From positions 95,220 to 159,219 of the forward strand of contig CAWHXP010000009.1 of NCBI GenBank assembly GCA_963833425.1: a stretch of DNA of 64,000 nt. Reading direction: 5' to 3'. This document shows, in pieces, positions 23,479 to 33,839 of the stretch; position 1 is the first letter of the stretch, and each line of letters opens with the position of its first letter. A program made the translations under genes and the position numbers. The DNA is from an uncultured Methanosarcinaceae archaeon (GTDB taxonomy: Archaea > Halobacteriota > Methanosarcinia > Methanosarcinales > Methanosarcinaceae). Below the pieces are notes generated by a model. That model did no database searches. It was not told the origin of the DNA and worked only from the letters and a program-made list of their open reading frames with translations.

Positions 23479-25483
23479 TGCCATTCTAGGAAATGATGGA
23501 CTGCTTGTGACGATGGGAAGGAAAGGAGATATTTTGGGCTTATTCTACCCCCGCCGAGATCATGCTCAGCATGTAGAAGAGTCCCTTGCCTGCGTCCACA
23601 CAGGGGAAAAACTTCTCTGGACAAATGATAACGAATGGCACAGCATTCAGAACTATATAGAAGACACAAACATCGTATCCACAAAACTTTACCACGACTC
23701 TGGAATTCGGATTTCGATTCTTGACCTTGTGCACTCAGAAGTACCTGTTCTCATCCGAAGGTTCAAGGTTCAGTCCCAGAAAAAAATTTCAGGAAAATTT
23801 TTTTACTACTCTAATTTCAACGTAGGGGAAACGTCTAAAAAAAATTCTGGTTTTTGTGATATAGATGCTCGCTTGCTCGTACAGTACTGGCAGAACTTTT
23901 ATATCGGGATCCATTCGTTGCCTGAATTTACTGAATGGCAGATCGGAAAGGCCATGGACACCGTATGGTGGACTAATTCCAAGTATGATATGGAAGACGG
24001 AAAACTCCAGCGAAATAAAGAAGATATCGGAAATATCAATAATGCTGCTGGCTGGAATCTTGAGCTGGAAGCTAACGGAACAAATGAATTTGTTATTTTG
24101 ATAGGGGCCGCATCTTCCCGGAGCCTCCTTTACAAGAGAATGCATGAACTTTCCAAAATGTCGCTGGAATATATTTTCGAAAAGACTCGTGAATACTGGG
24201 TTATGTGGCTTTCTAAAAAAAAGGTGCTAAAAATACCAGGGCTCGATGGACACGAGAACCTGCGCCAGGAAATCTTCAGCGCATACAACCGATCTCTTCT
24301 CATGCTTAACTTACTTCAAGACCATGAACATGGATCCTTTGTGGCTGCTCCTGAGTTTGATTCCAATTTTGAGAAATGTGGAGGATACGGCTTTTGTTGG
24401 AACAGAGATACTGCTGAGATTGTGCTTGCACTCAAACATTCAGGATATCCGGAATATTGTAACATGTTTTTTAAGTGGTCTATTCGGACTCAACTCCCGA
24501 ATGGTTCCTGGTTTCAACGTTATTGGCTTAATGGGGATACAGCTCCTTCCTGGGGCAATTTTGATTACTCGACTCAAATAGACGAAACAGGGTCTACGCT
24601 ATATGCCATGGATGTGTATTACAGAATTCTCGAAGGTCTTAAAAAAGTTGAATTTTTGGACGAAGTATGGGTTTCAGTACTCAGAGCTGCAGAATATCTA
24701 ATGAAGAAAACAAAATCTGGGATTCATGAGAGTTGCATGGATCTATGGGAAACTTATTACGGAATTTTCACATACACAAATGCTGCAATCTATGCTGGGC
24801 TTATTGGCGCTTCCAATATGGCCGAAGAAAACGAAGAATCTGGCATGGCAAAGCGCTGGAAGAAAAGAGCGGAATTCATAAAGAAGGCTACAATTGATCG
24901 TTTATGGCTTCAAGAAGGCTACTTTGCAAAAGGAATCATTAACGAAAAACTGGATAAAACCATTGATGCAAGCATCCTAAGCGCTTATATCCCCTTTGGG
25001 ATGCTATCTCCAAAAGACCCTATAGAAAGAGATATGATACTGTTTATGATAGAAAATATCAAGAAAAAACTTTCAGTGCCCATTAATAAGAGTTACGGGA
25101 TCAGAAGGTATGAAAACGACAGTTACATTGACGGAAACCCATGGATAGTAACTACTCTCTGGCTTTCGGAAGCGATGTTTGCCCTTGCCCTTGATACCCC
25201 TTCTGAAAAAGCCATTTTTTTCCCCATGCACGACATCCCCTATGAAAAGGAAAAGAGCAGTATAGAAAGCGTAGAAAATCTGACAAATGAAGGAATTAAA
25301 TGCCTTAAATGGGCCCTTGCTGGTGCAACCAGTACAGGACTTCTCCCGGAACAGGTTGATAAGTCGACAGGCAAACCTGCTTGGGCAATTCCTCTAGGAT
25401 GGAGTGGATCTCTAATGATTGACAATATCTTACTTCTAGACAAGATATGTGCGAGAAAAGCAGGAAATACAGAGAAAAGCTAA
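23462..25483 (+). CDS. GH15 glucoamylase-like glycoside hydrolase
   Basis: YGFCWNRD, QIDETG, DLWET, DASIL, RYENDSY.DGNPW, LLPEQVD, PLGWS. Confidence 0.93.
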   Translation: MIRQPNAILGNDGLLVTMGRKGDILGLFYPRRDHAQHVEESLACVHTGEKLLWTNDNEWHSIQNYIEDTNIVSTKLYHDSGIRISILDLVHSEVPVLIRRFKVQSQKKISGKFFYYSNFNVGETSKKNSGFCDIDARLLVQYWQNFYIGIHSLPEFTEWQIGKAMDTVWWTNSKYDMEDGKLQRNKEDIGNINNAAGWNLELEANGTNEFVILIGAASSRSLLYKRMHELSKMSLEYIFEKTREYWVMWLSKKKVLKIPGLDGHENLRQEIFSAYNRSLLMLNLLQDHEHGSFVAAPEFDSNFEKCGGYGFCWNRDTAEIVLALKHSGYPEYCNMFFKWSIRTQLPNGSWFQRYWLNGDTAPSWGNFDYSTQIDETGSTLYAMDVYYRILEGLKKVEFLDEVWVSVLRAAEYLMKKTKSGIHESCMDLWETYYGIFTYTNAAIYAGLIGASNMAEENEESGMAKRWKKRAEFIKKATIDRLWLQEGYFAKGIINEKLDKTIDASILSAYIPFGMLSPKDPIERDMILFMIENIKKKLSVPINKSYGIRRYENDSYIDGNPWIVTTLWLSEAMFALALDTPSEKAIFFPMHDIPYEKEKSSIESVENLTNEGIKCLKWALAGATSTGLLPEQVDKSTGKPAWAIPLGWSGSLMIDNILLLDKICARKAGNTEKS

Positions 25484-26082
25484 AGGAAAAACTAATTTGA
25501 TATCAAGATTTTGGTGGCACAACCTGCTGCAAACAACTGGGTACGTTAATGCCACTGCTATGGACACAAGAAATTATTCAAATTCAATTATTGTTCTAGC
25601 AAGGAAATTACTAGAATTATATGGCGTTTTATTTAAAATAAAGATATACACGAAGATTGAATCCGGTGTGGAAAAAGAAAAATTTAGAAAAGAAAGAAGG
25701 TTGAGACTGAAAAAATCTCTGCAGATATATTTATAAAAATACTTAATTTAATAAGTTCAATTGTGAAAAAAGGATGGGGAAAGTACTTGAGGAACCAGTT
25801 AAATAACGTAATGCATTTTAAATTAAAAAATTAAGACTTTTAAAAAGCAATAATTTCAAATAACGCCCCCAAAAATTAGTACCATCCAAATTCAATTTCC
25901 TTTTGCATGGCTCAATGACCATTTTTGTAAAGACCAGATGAGCAAATTTTGGTGGGCTAAAATTATTCAACTGCCGACTATAAACAATGTTTTTTAAATT
26001 TATATCCTTTAGTAATCATAAGTATATTTTGCATTAAAATAGATCTCTTCCTGGGATTGTCAGTAAACTGAATAGTTATCCT

Positions 26083-27261
26083 TCAAATTTTTTTTCCGAA
26101 AAATGCCTCCAACCTGTCCATTCCTTCCTTTATATTTTCAATGCTATTAGAATAGGAAAAACGAAGATATCCTTCTGCTCCATTTCCGAAGTCGATACCT
26201 GGAGTCACTGCAACGCCTACATCATTAAGAATACTACGGCTTAATTCCAGAGAGTCGTTACTATATTTACGAGCATCAGCAAGGACATAGAAAGCTCCAG
26301 TTGGCTCTTTGCGGACATCTAGTCCCATACCAAGGAGCCTCTTGAGCATATATTGACGACGTGTATTGTATACATGTATCATATCAGTAACATGTTCCTG
26401 GGAACCTTTCAAGGCTGAAATTCCTGCTTCCTGGACAAAGGCATTAGCGCAGATAAAAAAATTCTGATGAATTTTCTGAATCACACGAACACATTCAGAT
26501 GGGCAGATGATGTAACCTAGCCTCCAGCCAGTCATCGCATATAATTTAGAAAAGCCATTGACGACAAAAGTATTGTTAGTATATTCTAAGATCGTATGCT
26601 CTTCTCCATTATAGATCAAACCCTGGTAAATTTCGTCTGAAATAATAGGAATTCCTCTTTCGTCAGCTATCGCAGCAAGGCCTTTCAAATTTTCAGGAGA
26701 CATTACATATCCACCAGGATTTGAAGGACTGTTGATGAGAATAGCCTTTGTTTTTGGACTAAGGTACTGCTTTACTGTTTCCGGCTCGAGGGCAAAACCA
26801 TTAGTTTCATTCGTATAGACATAGACAGGAACTCCGCCTAGGTATTTAACAAAATTTGGATAGCAGGAGTAGTATGGGTTTGACATAATTACTTCGTCCC
26901 ACTTTTCGAGCAGAGCCATAAAAACCAACAGTAGACCAGGACTTGTCCCTGAAGTTATAATGACCTGATTTGGACTCAGGTCGATTCCAAATTTTTCGTA
27001 GTAAGAATTAACTATTGCCTCTCTGAGAGGAAGAAATCCCTGGCTGTGAGTATACTTCGTAGATCCTCGAACAATAGCATCATATGCAGCTTCACATATA
27101 TGAGGAGCAGTAGGAAAATCGGGCTCACCTACCTCTAGATGTATAATATGTCTTCCCTCAGCTTCCATAACCTGGGCACTTTCCAGCACTTCCATTACAT
27201 AGAAGGGGGAAATATCTTCAGATTTTTTAGATAGGAGGTATTCGGAGTTCATCGAGAGCAT
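26083..27261 (-). CDS. PLP-dependent class I/II aminotransferase (aspartate aminotransferase-like)
   Basis: GEPDF, NSPSNPGG, SDEIY, GFSKLYAMTGWRLG; start at ATG 27261 or 27252. Confidence 0.93.
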   Translation of the reverse strand: MLSMNSEYLLSKKSEDISPFYVMEVLESAQVMEAEGRHIIHLEVGEPDFPTAPHICEAAYDAIVRGSTKYTHSQGFLPLREAIVNSYYEKFGIDLSPNQVIITSGTSPGLLLVFMALLEKWDEVIMSNPYYSCYPNFVKYLGGVPVYVYTNETNGFALEPETVKQYLSPKTKAILINSPSNPGGYVMSPENLKGLAAIADERGIPIISDEIYQGLIYNGEEHTILEYTNNTFVVNGFSKLYAMTGWRLGYIICPSECVRVIQKIHQNFFICANAFVQEAGISALKGSQEHVTDMIHVYNTRRQYMLKRLLGMGLDVRKEPTGAFYVLADARKYSNDSLELSRSILNDVGVAVTPGIDFGNGAEGYLRFSYSNSIENIKEGMDRLEAFFGKKI

Positions 27262-27362
27262 AAAAGACCTTCTGAAAAGCAAACATTTTGAAAGGAGCTG
27301 AGGTAGAAGCAAGTAATTTTGCTGGAGCTATACCTGAAAATTTGTATGCTTTCAATATTTAA

Positions 27363-27450
27363 GAGGATTTCGATAAAGACTAAATTTCATCTTACGCATA
27401 TAAACCATATATAAAAGACTCACGAAAATCAGAAATGTATCGAAAGTCTC
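27363..27450. repeat. 88-bp MITE flanked by TTAA on both sides
   Basis: TTAA|GAGGATTTCGATAAAG...ATGTATCGAAAGTCTC|TTAA. Confidence 0.8.
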
Positions 27451-27484
27451 TTAATATTCGATGGGAAGGAAAGATTTAGAATTT

Positions 27485-28235
27485 GTCAAACAGCACGCCA
27501 AATTGTAGGTCTTAACGTCTACTCAAAGTTATGGTTTTAATGCGATAGACTAAAAGATTAATATTAGTTATTTGGTCTGTTGACAAGACCTTACAGATTA
27601 ATCAGTTCAAAAATCGAATCCAGACTACTTTTCGAAGTATATTAATTGCTCCACTAATATCAACATTAACTAACTACCTACATAACTTTTGTGCAACCCT
27701 CTTTTACTCTTCTTGATCTACCATATTCTTGTTTTTCAATAGGATCTAGTGCAAAGGACTTCACTTGACTTGTATATGCTACACCTACAAGTTGATATTT
27801 AATAACATGAAATACACCTTAGCTTCCCAATTTATCTTTGAATATACCAAATATAATCTGTACAAAGTCTTGATTATTACGTCTAATTTGATCGATTCCT
27901 TGTTTAATTTCAGTTAATTATCAAATTAGAACATTACCTATATTATTTTCGAGACTGTGTTTAGCCAGATAGTTGACTATACAGTAATGAATTTGGTAAT
28001 TCTACTAAACCGTCCAGTCAACATACTTATTTGTCGGTTAGTTGCTTCTTTAATTCTCTGTAAATCTTTGACTCAGTAACCTAGCATTTTCTCTATTTAT
28101 ACAATTGGTTGAGAGATTTATATACTTGCCAACAAGATTGAAGTAATCCATAGGTATAGACATTACATCCCATTTCATCGAATAGATTTCCGCAAATGTA
28201 AATTTTGTGAGTCAGCTTCCGGAGCAAAATAAAAA
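27485..28235 (-). pseudogene. tnpB: Second tnpB remnant (no zinc finger seen) with right end
   Basis: KQGIDQIRRNNQDFVQIIFGIFKDKL, AYTSQV, RRVKEG, LVNVDISGAINILRKVV; ends in TTTGAC at 27485. Confidence 0.8.
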
Positions 28236-29264
28236 AATTACATATAATGATGAAAAAAACAGCAAACTAAATCCTCTGGAAACGATTGATGTTTCAGAAA
28301 CAAGAGAATTGAATAAAAAAATAATTCATAAGAAACTAATTCATGCAGTTACTAAAAGATATTCACAGTAGGAAAAGTTCTTGCTTATACTTTCAACTCA
28401 AAATAGTACCCTTTACCAACAATATAACTATTCTGATAATATCCGAAACAAATTTTTCCATAAAACGTCTGATATCTCATTTTATAAGCATAAATATTCG
28501 CATCCATCGTCCAGTTTTAGAGTACAAAGGTAGATTAAAATATAGATTCAGTGGTTGAGATCATTTATCTGAGAAGTTTCCTTCCAGAAGCAAGCTATGA
28601 GGTATTCGACTGAAATAAATTGCAACATCTGCAAGAATGTAGTTAATTCAACAATTTTAAATTATGCGAATCTAGTATTCAACCATTTAGAGAGCACTAT
28701 AAAATCAAGTTAAAGGGCTATTGCTTGGCTAACTAAATTACCTCAATACGCGAACAGATCATTTGTGGATATTCAGCTCGATCTTTTTCATTCTAAGGTA
28801 AAGTAAAAAAACGTCATTTGCTCTTGATCCAATGAAAATTAGATAATTGCACTTTAGGAGCATGCTCGGTTTTGTCCTAATGATATCTCCTTGATGACTA
28901 ATGTTCGTAGAAGTTACCAAATTCAACCAGGAATTTTAAGAACTACTTCGTGTTCTGAAATAAACTCACAAACGCTTGAATAAGCTTCAGACACACTTTT
29001 TTCATCCAATTTAGTGTTTTTTAGAATAGAGTTCATATTAACTATTTGTAATAAGAAATCATCGAACTTCTACATAATCTTTTATGGAATTCAGGCGATA
29101 AATTTCTACTATAGTTAGTTTTGAGAGTATCATCTCATCCAGGTAGAGTCTTAAAACGAAATTAACATCGAAAAAAATAAAAAAAGAAATTAATTTATGG
29201 TGATGCATGAGCATCGATTCATTTATTCTGGTTTCACGATATTGTTTGTTAATGATTGCGAGGT

Positions 29265-29699
29265 TTAACGTCCACGTCCGCCACGTCCGCCACGTCCGCC
29301 ACGTCCGCCCCAGCCTCGACCGCCCCAGCCGCCGTAGCCGCCGTAGCCGCCCCAGCCGCCGTTGCCCCAGCCCCAGGAGGGCCAGCCACCGTAGACGCCA
29401 TAGCCAAGACCGGCATAGCCAAGACCGCATGTACCTAGTCCAAGACCGCAAGCGTCAACGCCAACAACTGGATATCCGACGCCCCAGCCGCCCCAGCCGC
29501 CGTAGCCGCCCCAGCCGCCGTAGCCGCCCCAGCCGCCGTAGCCGCCCCAGCCGCCCCAGCCGCCTCGGCCGCCAAAGTGACCGCCACGACCTCCGCCACG
29601 ACCGCCTCTACTTCCATCAACAGCCACAGCTGCCAACGTTCCTACTACAAGAACTATAAGCAAAATAGCTAGTGCCTTTTTCATACTAATTTTTAACAT
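29265..29699 (-). CDS. Exported Gly/Trp/Tyr/Arg-rich low-complexity protein
   Basis: GGAGG RBS; basic then hydrophobic N-terminus; GGW/GGY and RGG repeats; GC-rich island of 9/18-nt repeats. Confidence 0.85.
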   Translation of the reverse strand: MLKISMKKALAILLIVLVVGTLAAVAVDGSRGGRGGGRGGHFGGRGGWGGWGGYGGWGGYGGWGGYGGWGGWGVGYPVVGVDACGLGLGTCGLGYAGLGYGVYGGWPSWGWGNGGWGGYGGYGGWGGRGWGGRGGRGGRGGRGR

Positions 29700-29918
29700 A
29701 TTATTTTTCCTCCGTTATTTTTAATAATTTTTAATACGAATCAAATACATAAATTAATAATATATAAATCTTGTTATTAAATACCTCTTATAAGCCAATA
29801 ACAATGCTTTTTAAAGCATCTATGTGGATAGCATCGAAAACCCAGATAGCATCGAAAACCCAACTACTTTTGGTTGAATTAAGCAGTGTATCGGGATGCT
29901 AGCTTTATTGAGCTTTCA

Positions 29919-30185
29919 TTAATCCATGAATGCTTTTACAGCTTTCATTAATTTGTGGTGGTGATGCATTTTATGGTGGTGATGCATTTTGTGGTGGTGA
30001 TGCATCTTGTGGTGATGATGCCCGAATATTTTAATCTTCTCCTTTTGCAGGATTATAATAGCTGTTTTCTTTTCCTTAACCACAACGGGTCCACAACTGT
30101 GTGCGCTTGCGGCGGCAGCTGTCACAGAAATTAAAAAACAAACTGCTAGCAGAATTCCAAGTGTCTTTCTCAATTGTTTTAACAT
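29919..30185 (-). CDS. Small exported His-rich protein, (HHHHK[M/L])x4
   Basis: GAGGT RBS; Sec-type signal ending AAASA; 18-nt repeats with synonymous variation at 29952-30020. Confidence 0.85.
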   Translation of the reverse strand: MLKQLRKTLGILLAVCFLISVTAAAASAHSCGPVVVKEKKTAIIILQKEKIKIFGHHHHKMHHHHKMHHHHKMHHHHKLMKAVKAFMD

Positions 30186-30336
30186 CTTTTTACCTCATTT
30201 CATTAAAACTAAATGTTTTTACCCATATCTTATGTGAGATTAAATTCCGATTTTTTTAGCAATTGTTTAAGGGCCCTTTACAGGGTTCCATAGTACCTAA
30301 AAGTACATCTTCTTCTTCATAGTACCTAAAAGTACT

Positions 30337-30796
30337 TCTTACAATTACAAGTGATTCTATTAAATGATTTGAATAAATATTTACTTGTAACAATTAGGGC
30401 AAATTGAATAAACAATTACTTAAAAAAATAGATTTATTTGGGCTATTAATTTTATAATAAAGCTTTCATAGCCCAATTAAGACTTTTTTTGCACACTATA
30501 AAGCTTTTTATTAAACGAAGAAAAATTTGATAAACATCAATTTTCACAAGTTATATATAAACAGCTACAGAATTTACAGGATTTTCAAAATACCTACAGG
30601 TGCTTCTGACAATTGCAAGTGATGAAAATAATTATCTTAAATAAAATAGTTAATTCTAAAAGTAGAAAAATTTAAATAAATATCAATTTTAAAAAATAAA
30701 TTTATTTGAGCTTTTAATTTTATAATAAAGCTTTAATAACTGAATTAATACTTTTTTGAATATTATAGAGTACTTTTATTAAATTAAAGAGGATTT
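30337..30796. repeat. Diverged direct duplication of a ~190-bp non-coding segment (30337-30528 / 30606-30796)
   Basis: Shared ACAATT(A/G)CAAGTGAT start and ATTTATTTG(G/A)GCT(A/T)TTAATTTTATAATAAAGCTTT core. Confidence 0.7.
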
Positions 30797-30823
30797 AAGT
30801 TACTTTTAATTTTTTTCTTAGAT

Positions 30824-31921
30824 GGAATTCTGTCTAAATCTTTCTAGGAATATCTAAATTTGACTCTATTTTTCCTTTTAGGATTTATTATACCTTCATT
30901 TCAAAAAATAGCCCAAATTCTCCTTAATAAAGTTTCTTTTATTTTGAATGTAACCAAACGAAAAAGATCATGACAAAGATCATGACAAAAACCTGTACAC
31001 AACAACTTCAGATTCACTCTTTGAATAGTATGAACGATAATTTTTTCTGCTTTTAATATCCTTTTAATTACTGCATGAAATTATTTGCTCTGAAGAGTTG
31101 TTGAGCTATCTCCTTGTTTCTTAATGTGTCACTCTTTTCCAGAAAATACCCTTTTACTTCTTTTTTCATTGTCTTTTCATTAACGTTGTGATTTTGCTCC
31201 AAAGTACATTAACTCTCTGTAAACCACTTTATTTTTTCCAATAAATTTATCTGAAAATTATGAAGTGATGGAGTTGTTATTTTGAATCTTTTGATCAACT
31301 CGTAATCCTTGTCTGTTATGCTATGAAGTTCATATTCAAAGTGCGACTTGAATCCTTTTTTGTCAGGTTACAGCTATGCTTCTCCTTTTTTTGCTCCATT
31401 TTTTCGATCTCGATCCTTTTGCATTTCAAAGATTTGATTATTCTCCTTATTGCTTTCAAACCAAGGCAATAAAGTTGGCTTTGCAAATGTTCCCATATTT
31501 CTTCTTCTTTGTAGTTATCAATAACTTTTTTTCTAAATGATCAAACTATGGTGCTGCCTAGTATAACTCAAGAAAACCGATACATTTTTTGAAAGAAGTT
31601 AGATCGATACACTGTTCTTTAAGTTCAAAGAATGAAAGACCATGACATTGCCCTAAAACAAAAATTTTAAGCATAAAGACTACATTAACTTCAGATCTGC
31701 TTTGGGACATTGTTTTGTTATAAAATATATGGACTCAAAAATGATACGAAAAAATTTTAAATAAATAATGAATCAATTTCAGCAATTTCATCTCCAACTA
31801 ACTAAAGAAGTTTGTATTTTTCTTTAAGAATAAAGTCAGTAAGAGTCTTCATGAGTAAAAATTGATATTAAAAGATTGAAATTCTCCAATACTCAAATGC
31901 ATGGAGTTCATCGAAATTCTC
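30824..31921 (-). mobile_element. Older decayed IS5-family copy
   Basis: End GAGAATTTCGATGAACTCCATGC; start MKTLTDF; colinear with 17529-18649. Confidence 0.82.
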
Positions 31922-31955
31922 TTAAATCACCCTCTATAGCAAACCCATTCAGGGT

Positions 31956-32279
31956 TTAATCTAACCTTTTATAAGGATACCTCATTTCCCTCCCACAATG
32001 CTGGCAGAAAATCACGATATATCCTTCATTCAGTCTGTAGCGAGCATTGTTCCCAGGCACAAGGAAAGTATAGCAATGTTTGCATATTCTGCTTTTGATT
32101 TCCCTTGGGATACTCATCCTGTTCCTCATAGAAATATTCCTGATGAGCTGTACGTAGCGCTCACTACGATCAGGATGCTCTGCATACTCCATTTTCGCAA
32201 GCTCAAAAAGTCGCCACATGCGCTGAGCTGCTATATCTTGAATTAAATTTTTCTGTTGTTTTCTTGACACTCTAGACAT
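31956..32279 (-). CDS. rnp4: RNase P protein component 4 (Rpp21)
   Basis: IAAQRMWRLF, RYVQLIRNI, CKHC...LVPG...CQHCG zinc ribbon. Confidence 0.93.
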   Translation of the reverse strand: MSRVSRKQQKNLIQDIAAQRMWRLFELAKMEYAEHPDRSERYVQLIRNISMRNRMSIPREIKSRICKHCYTFLVPGNNARYRLNEGYIVIFCQHCGREMRYPYKRLD

Positions 32280-32347
32280 AAGTAGATTGATCCTGCATTT
32301 AGCTCAGTATCACAATTAAACCCCTCAATTTCCCCAAAAACTATAAC

Positions 32348-33019
32348 TCAGGAATCAAGAATAACCACATTAATACCAGAGTTCTTGCCTTGTACAAAAG
32401 TTTTAAACTTTTCAGGATTTCCATTTAGACCCTCTAATCTTCCATAATGCATCGGAATCGCAACCTTTGGAGATATTACTGCGACTGCACTGGCAGCCTC
32501 TCCCTCGTCCATGGTATAAGTTCCCCCTATAGGTAAAAGAGCCACATCTGCCTTGATGCTCTTCATCTCAGGAAAAAAATCGCAATCTCCTGCGTGGTAA
32601 ATTCGAGTTCTTCCAAGTTCCACTACATAACCTACTCCAAAACCTCGGGAATGGTAAGGTTTATTGAGATTATAGGCTGGAACTACCTCAATCCGGATCC
32701 CTTTAATTTCAAGCCCTTCAGCAACGATATCTCCCTCAGCAACTCGCCTTGCATCACCCCTGAATTCCAGAGAACAGCTTTCAGGGATTAGGGTAGTCGA
32801 GTCAGATCGTCGTACCTTTCGAATATCTTCAGGGCTACAGTGGTCAAAGTGCTCATGAGTTATAAGGAGGATGTCTGCCTTATCATCAAAAAAAGGTTCT
32901 TCATTGATCTGAAACGGATCAATATAAATTTTTAGATCTTGTCCTTCGAGAAGAAAACCAGAGTGCCCTAGCCATCGAATGCAAACGCTGTCAATTGTGA
33001 TCCTATTCATCTCATACAC
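32348..33019 (-). CDS. Metallo-beta-lactamase-fold hydrolase
   Basis: WLGHSGF, IDPF, THEHFDH, YHAGD, LPIGG, PMHY. Confidence 0.92.
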   Translation of the reverse strand: MYEMNRITIDSVCIRWLGHSGFLLEGQDLKIYIDPFQINEEPFFDDKADILLITHEHFDHCSPEDIRKVRRSDSTTLIPESCSLEFRGDARRVAEGDIVAEGLEIKGIRIEVVPAYNLNKPYHSRGFGVGYVVELGRTRIYHAGDCDFFPEMKSIKADVALLPIGGTYTMDEGEAASAVAVISPKVAIPMHYGRLEGLNGNPEKFKTFVQGKNSGINVVILDS

Positions 33020-33241
33020 CTGTTGATCTTCAAACTTATTTGTGGAAAAGCCATTTAACAGAATTGTTTAGGGATCGTATTAATAGTATCCTACACTTTG
33101 GTTCTTTTATTAAAAAAAAGAGGAGTTCTTAAAACCTCCAGTAACCCTGCAATTTTAAAATGCCGAAAATACATACCGGAAGTTTCAAATAAAGTGAAAA
33201 GCTCTGGCATACAAAAATGCGACGTCCCTTTTCAAACTAAT

Positions 33242-33330
33242 GAAGATTTAGACAAACCTTTGATTTTCAAAAGTCAAATAGATACCATTTATAAATAAAT
33301 GACAAAATATAAAGGTTCATCGAAATCTTC
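33242..33330. repeat. 89-bp MITE
   Basis: GAAGATTTAGACAAACC...GGTTCATCGAAATCTTC. Confidence 0.75.
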
Positions 33331-33839
33331 TAAAATTGGATAAAACACTTTGTTGTAGATCATTTTCAGAAGGAAACAGACTATAAGCAATTTTAGAATC
33401 ATTGCTTCTTTTTTTCTTCCCGTACATCAAGTGATTCCTTCCTCCAACAATCATGAATAAAGCTTAATTGTACTTAACTCCTTAAATATAAAATTATCCA
33501 CAAAATCTTCAAATTTCACTTGTAAACCATCTAAACTTAAAAAGCAGTGATAGAAATTTTTCGAGCTCATCAATGGTAAGAATTAATCTGTAATTTTTCT
33601 CAAATTTACCAGTTAAACCTCAAATTCCTTCAAGACATCAGAGCAGAATAGAAAATAATCGATCCTTCCTTTACTCATTTGAAGATTTCACATCCCTGTC
33701 TTTATACCCCACTAACTCTTGATGTACGAGACATGAGAGCTCATGGGAGATCTTAACTCATTTCATTTAGCTGGGCCAAAGCATCAATTACCTGTTCAGG
33801 TCCCAGACACAAAAATTGCTTTACATATTTAATCAAAGG

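Noticed and set aside
29265..29610. GC-rich tandem repeats as a CRISPR array or non-coding VNTR
   Set aside because: 9/18-nt units with no unique spacers; fully explained by the Gly-rich minus-strand ORF
29059..29659. Alternative Arg/Ser/Ala-rich ORFs (29059-29451, 29207-29659, 29256-29438, 29435-29620)
   Set aside because: Shadow frames of a stop-poor repeat; only 29265-29699 has an RBS and leader peptide
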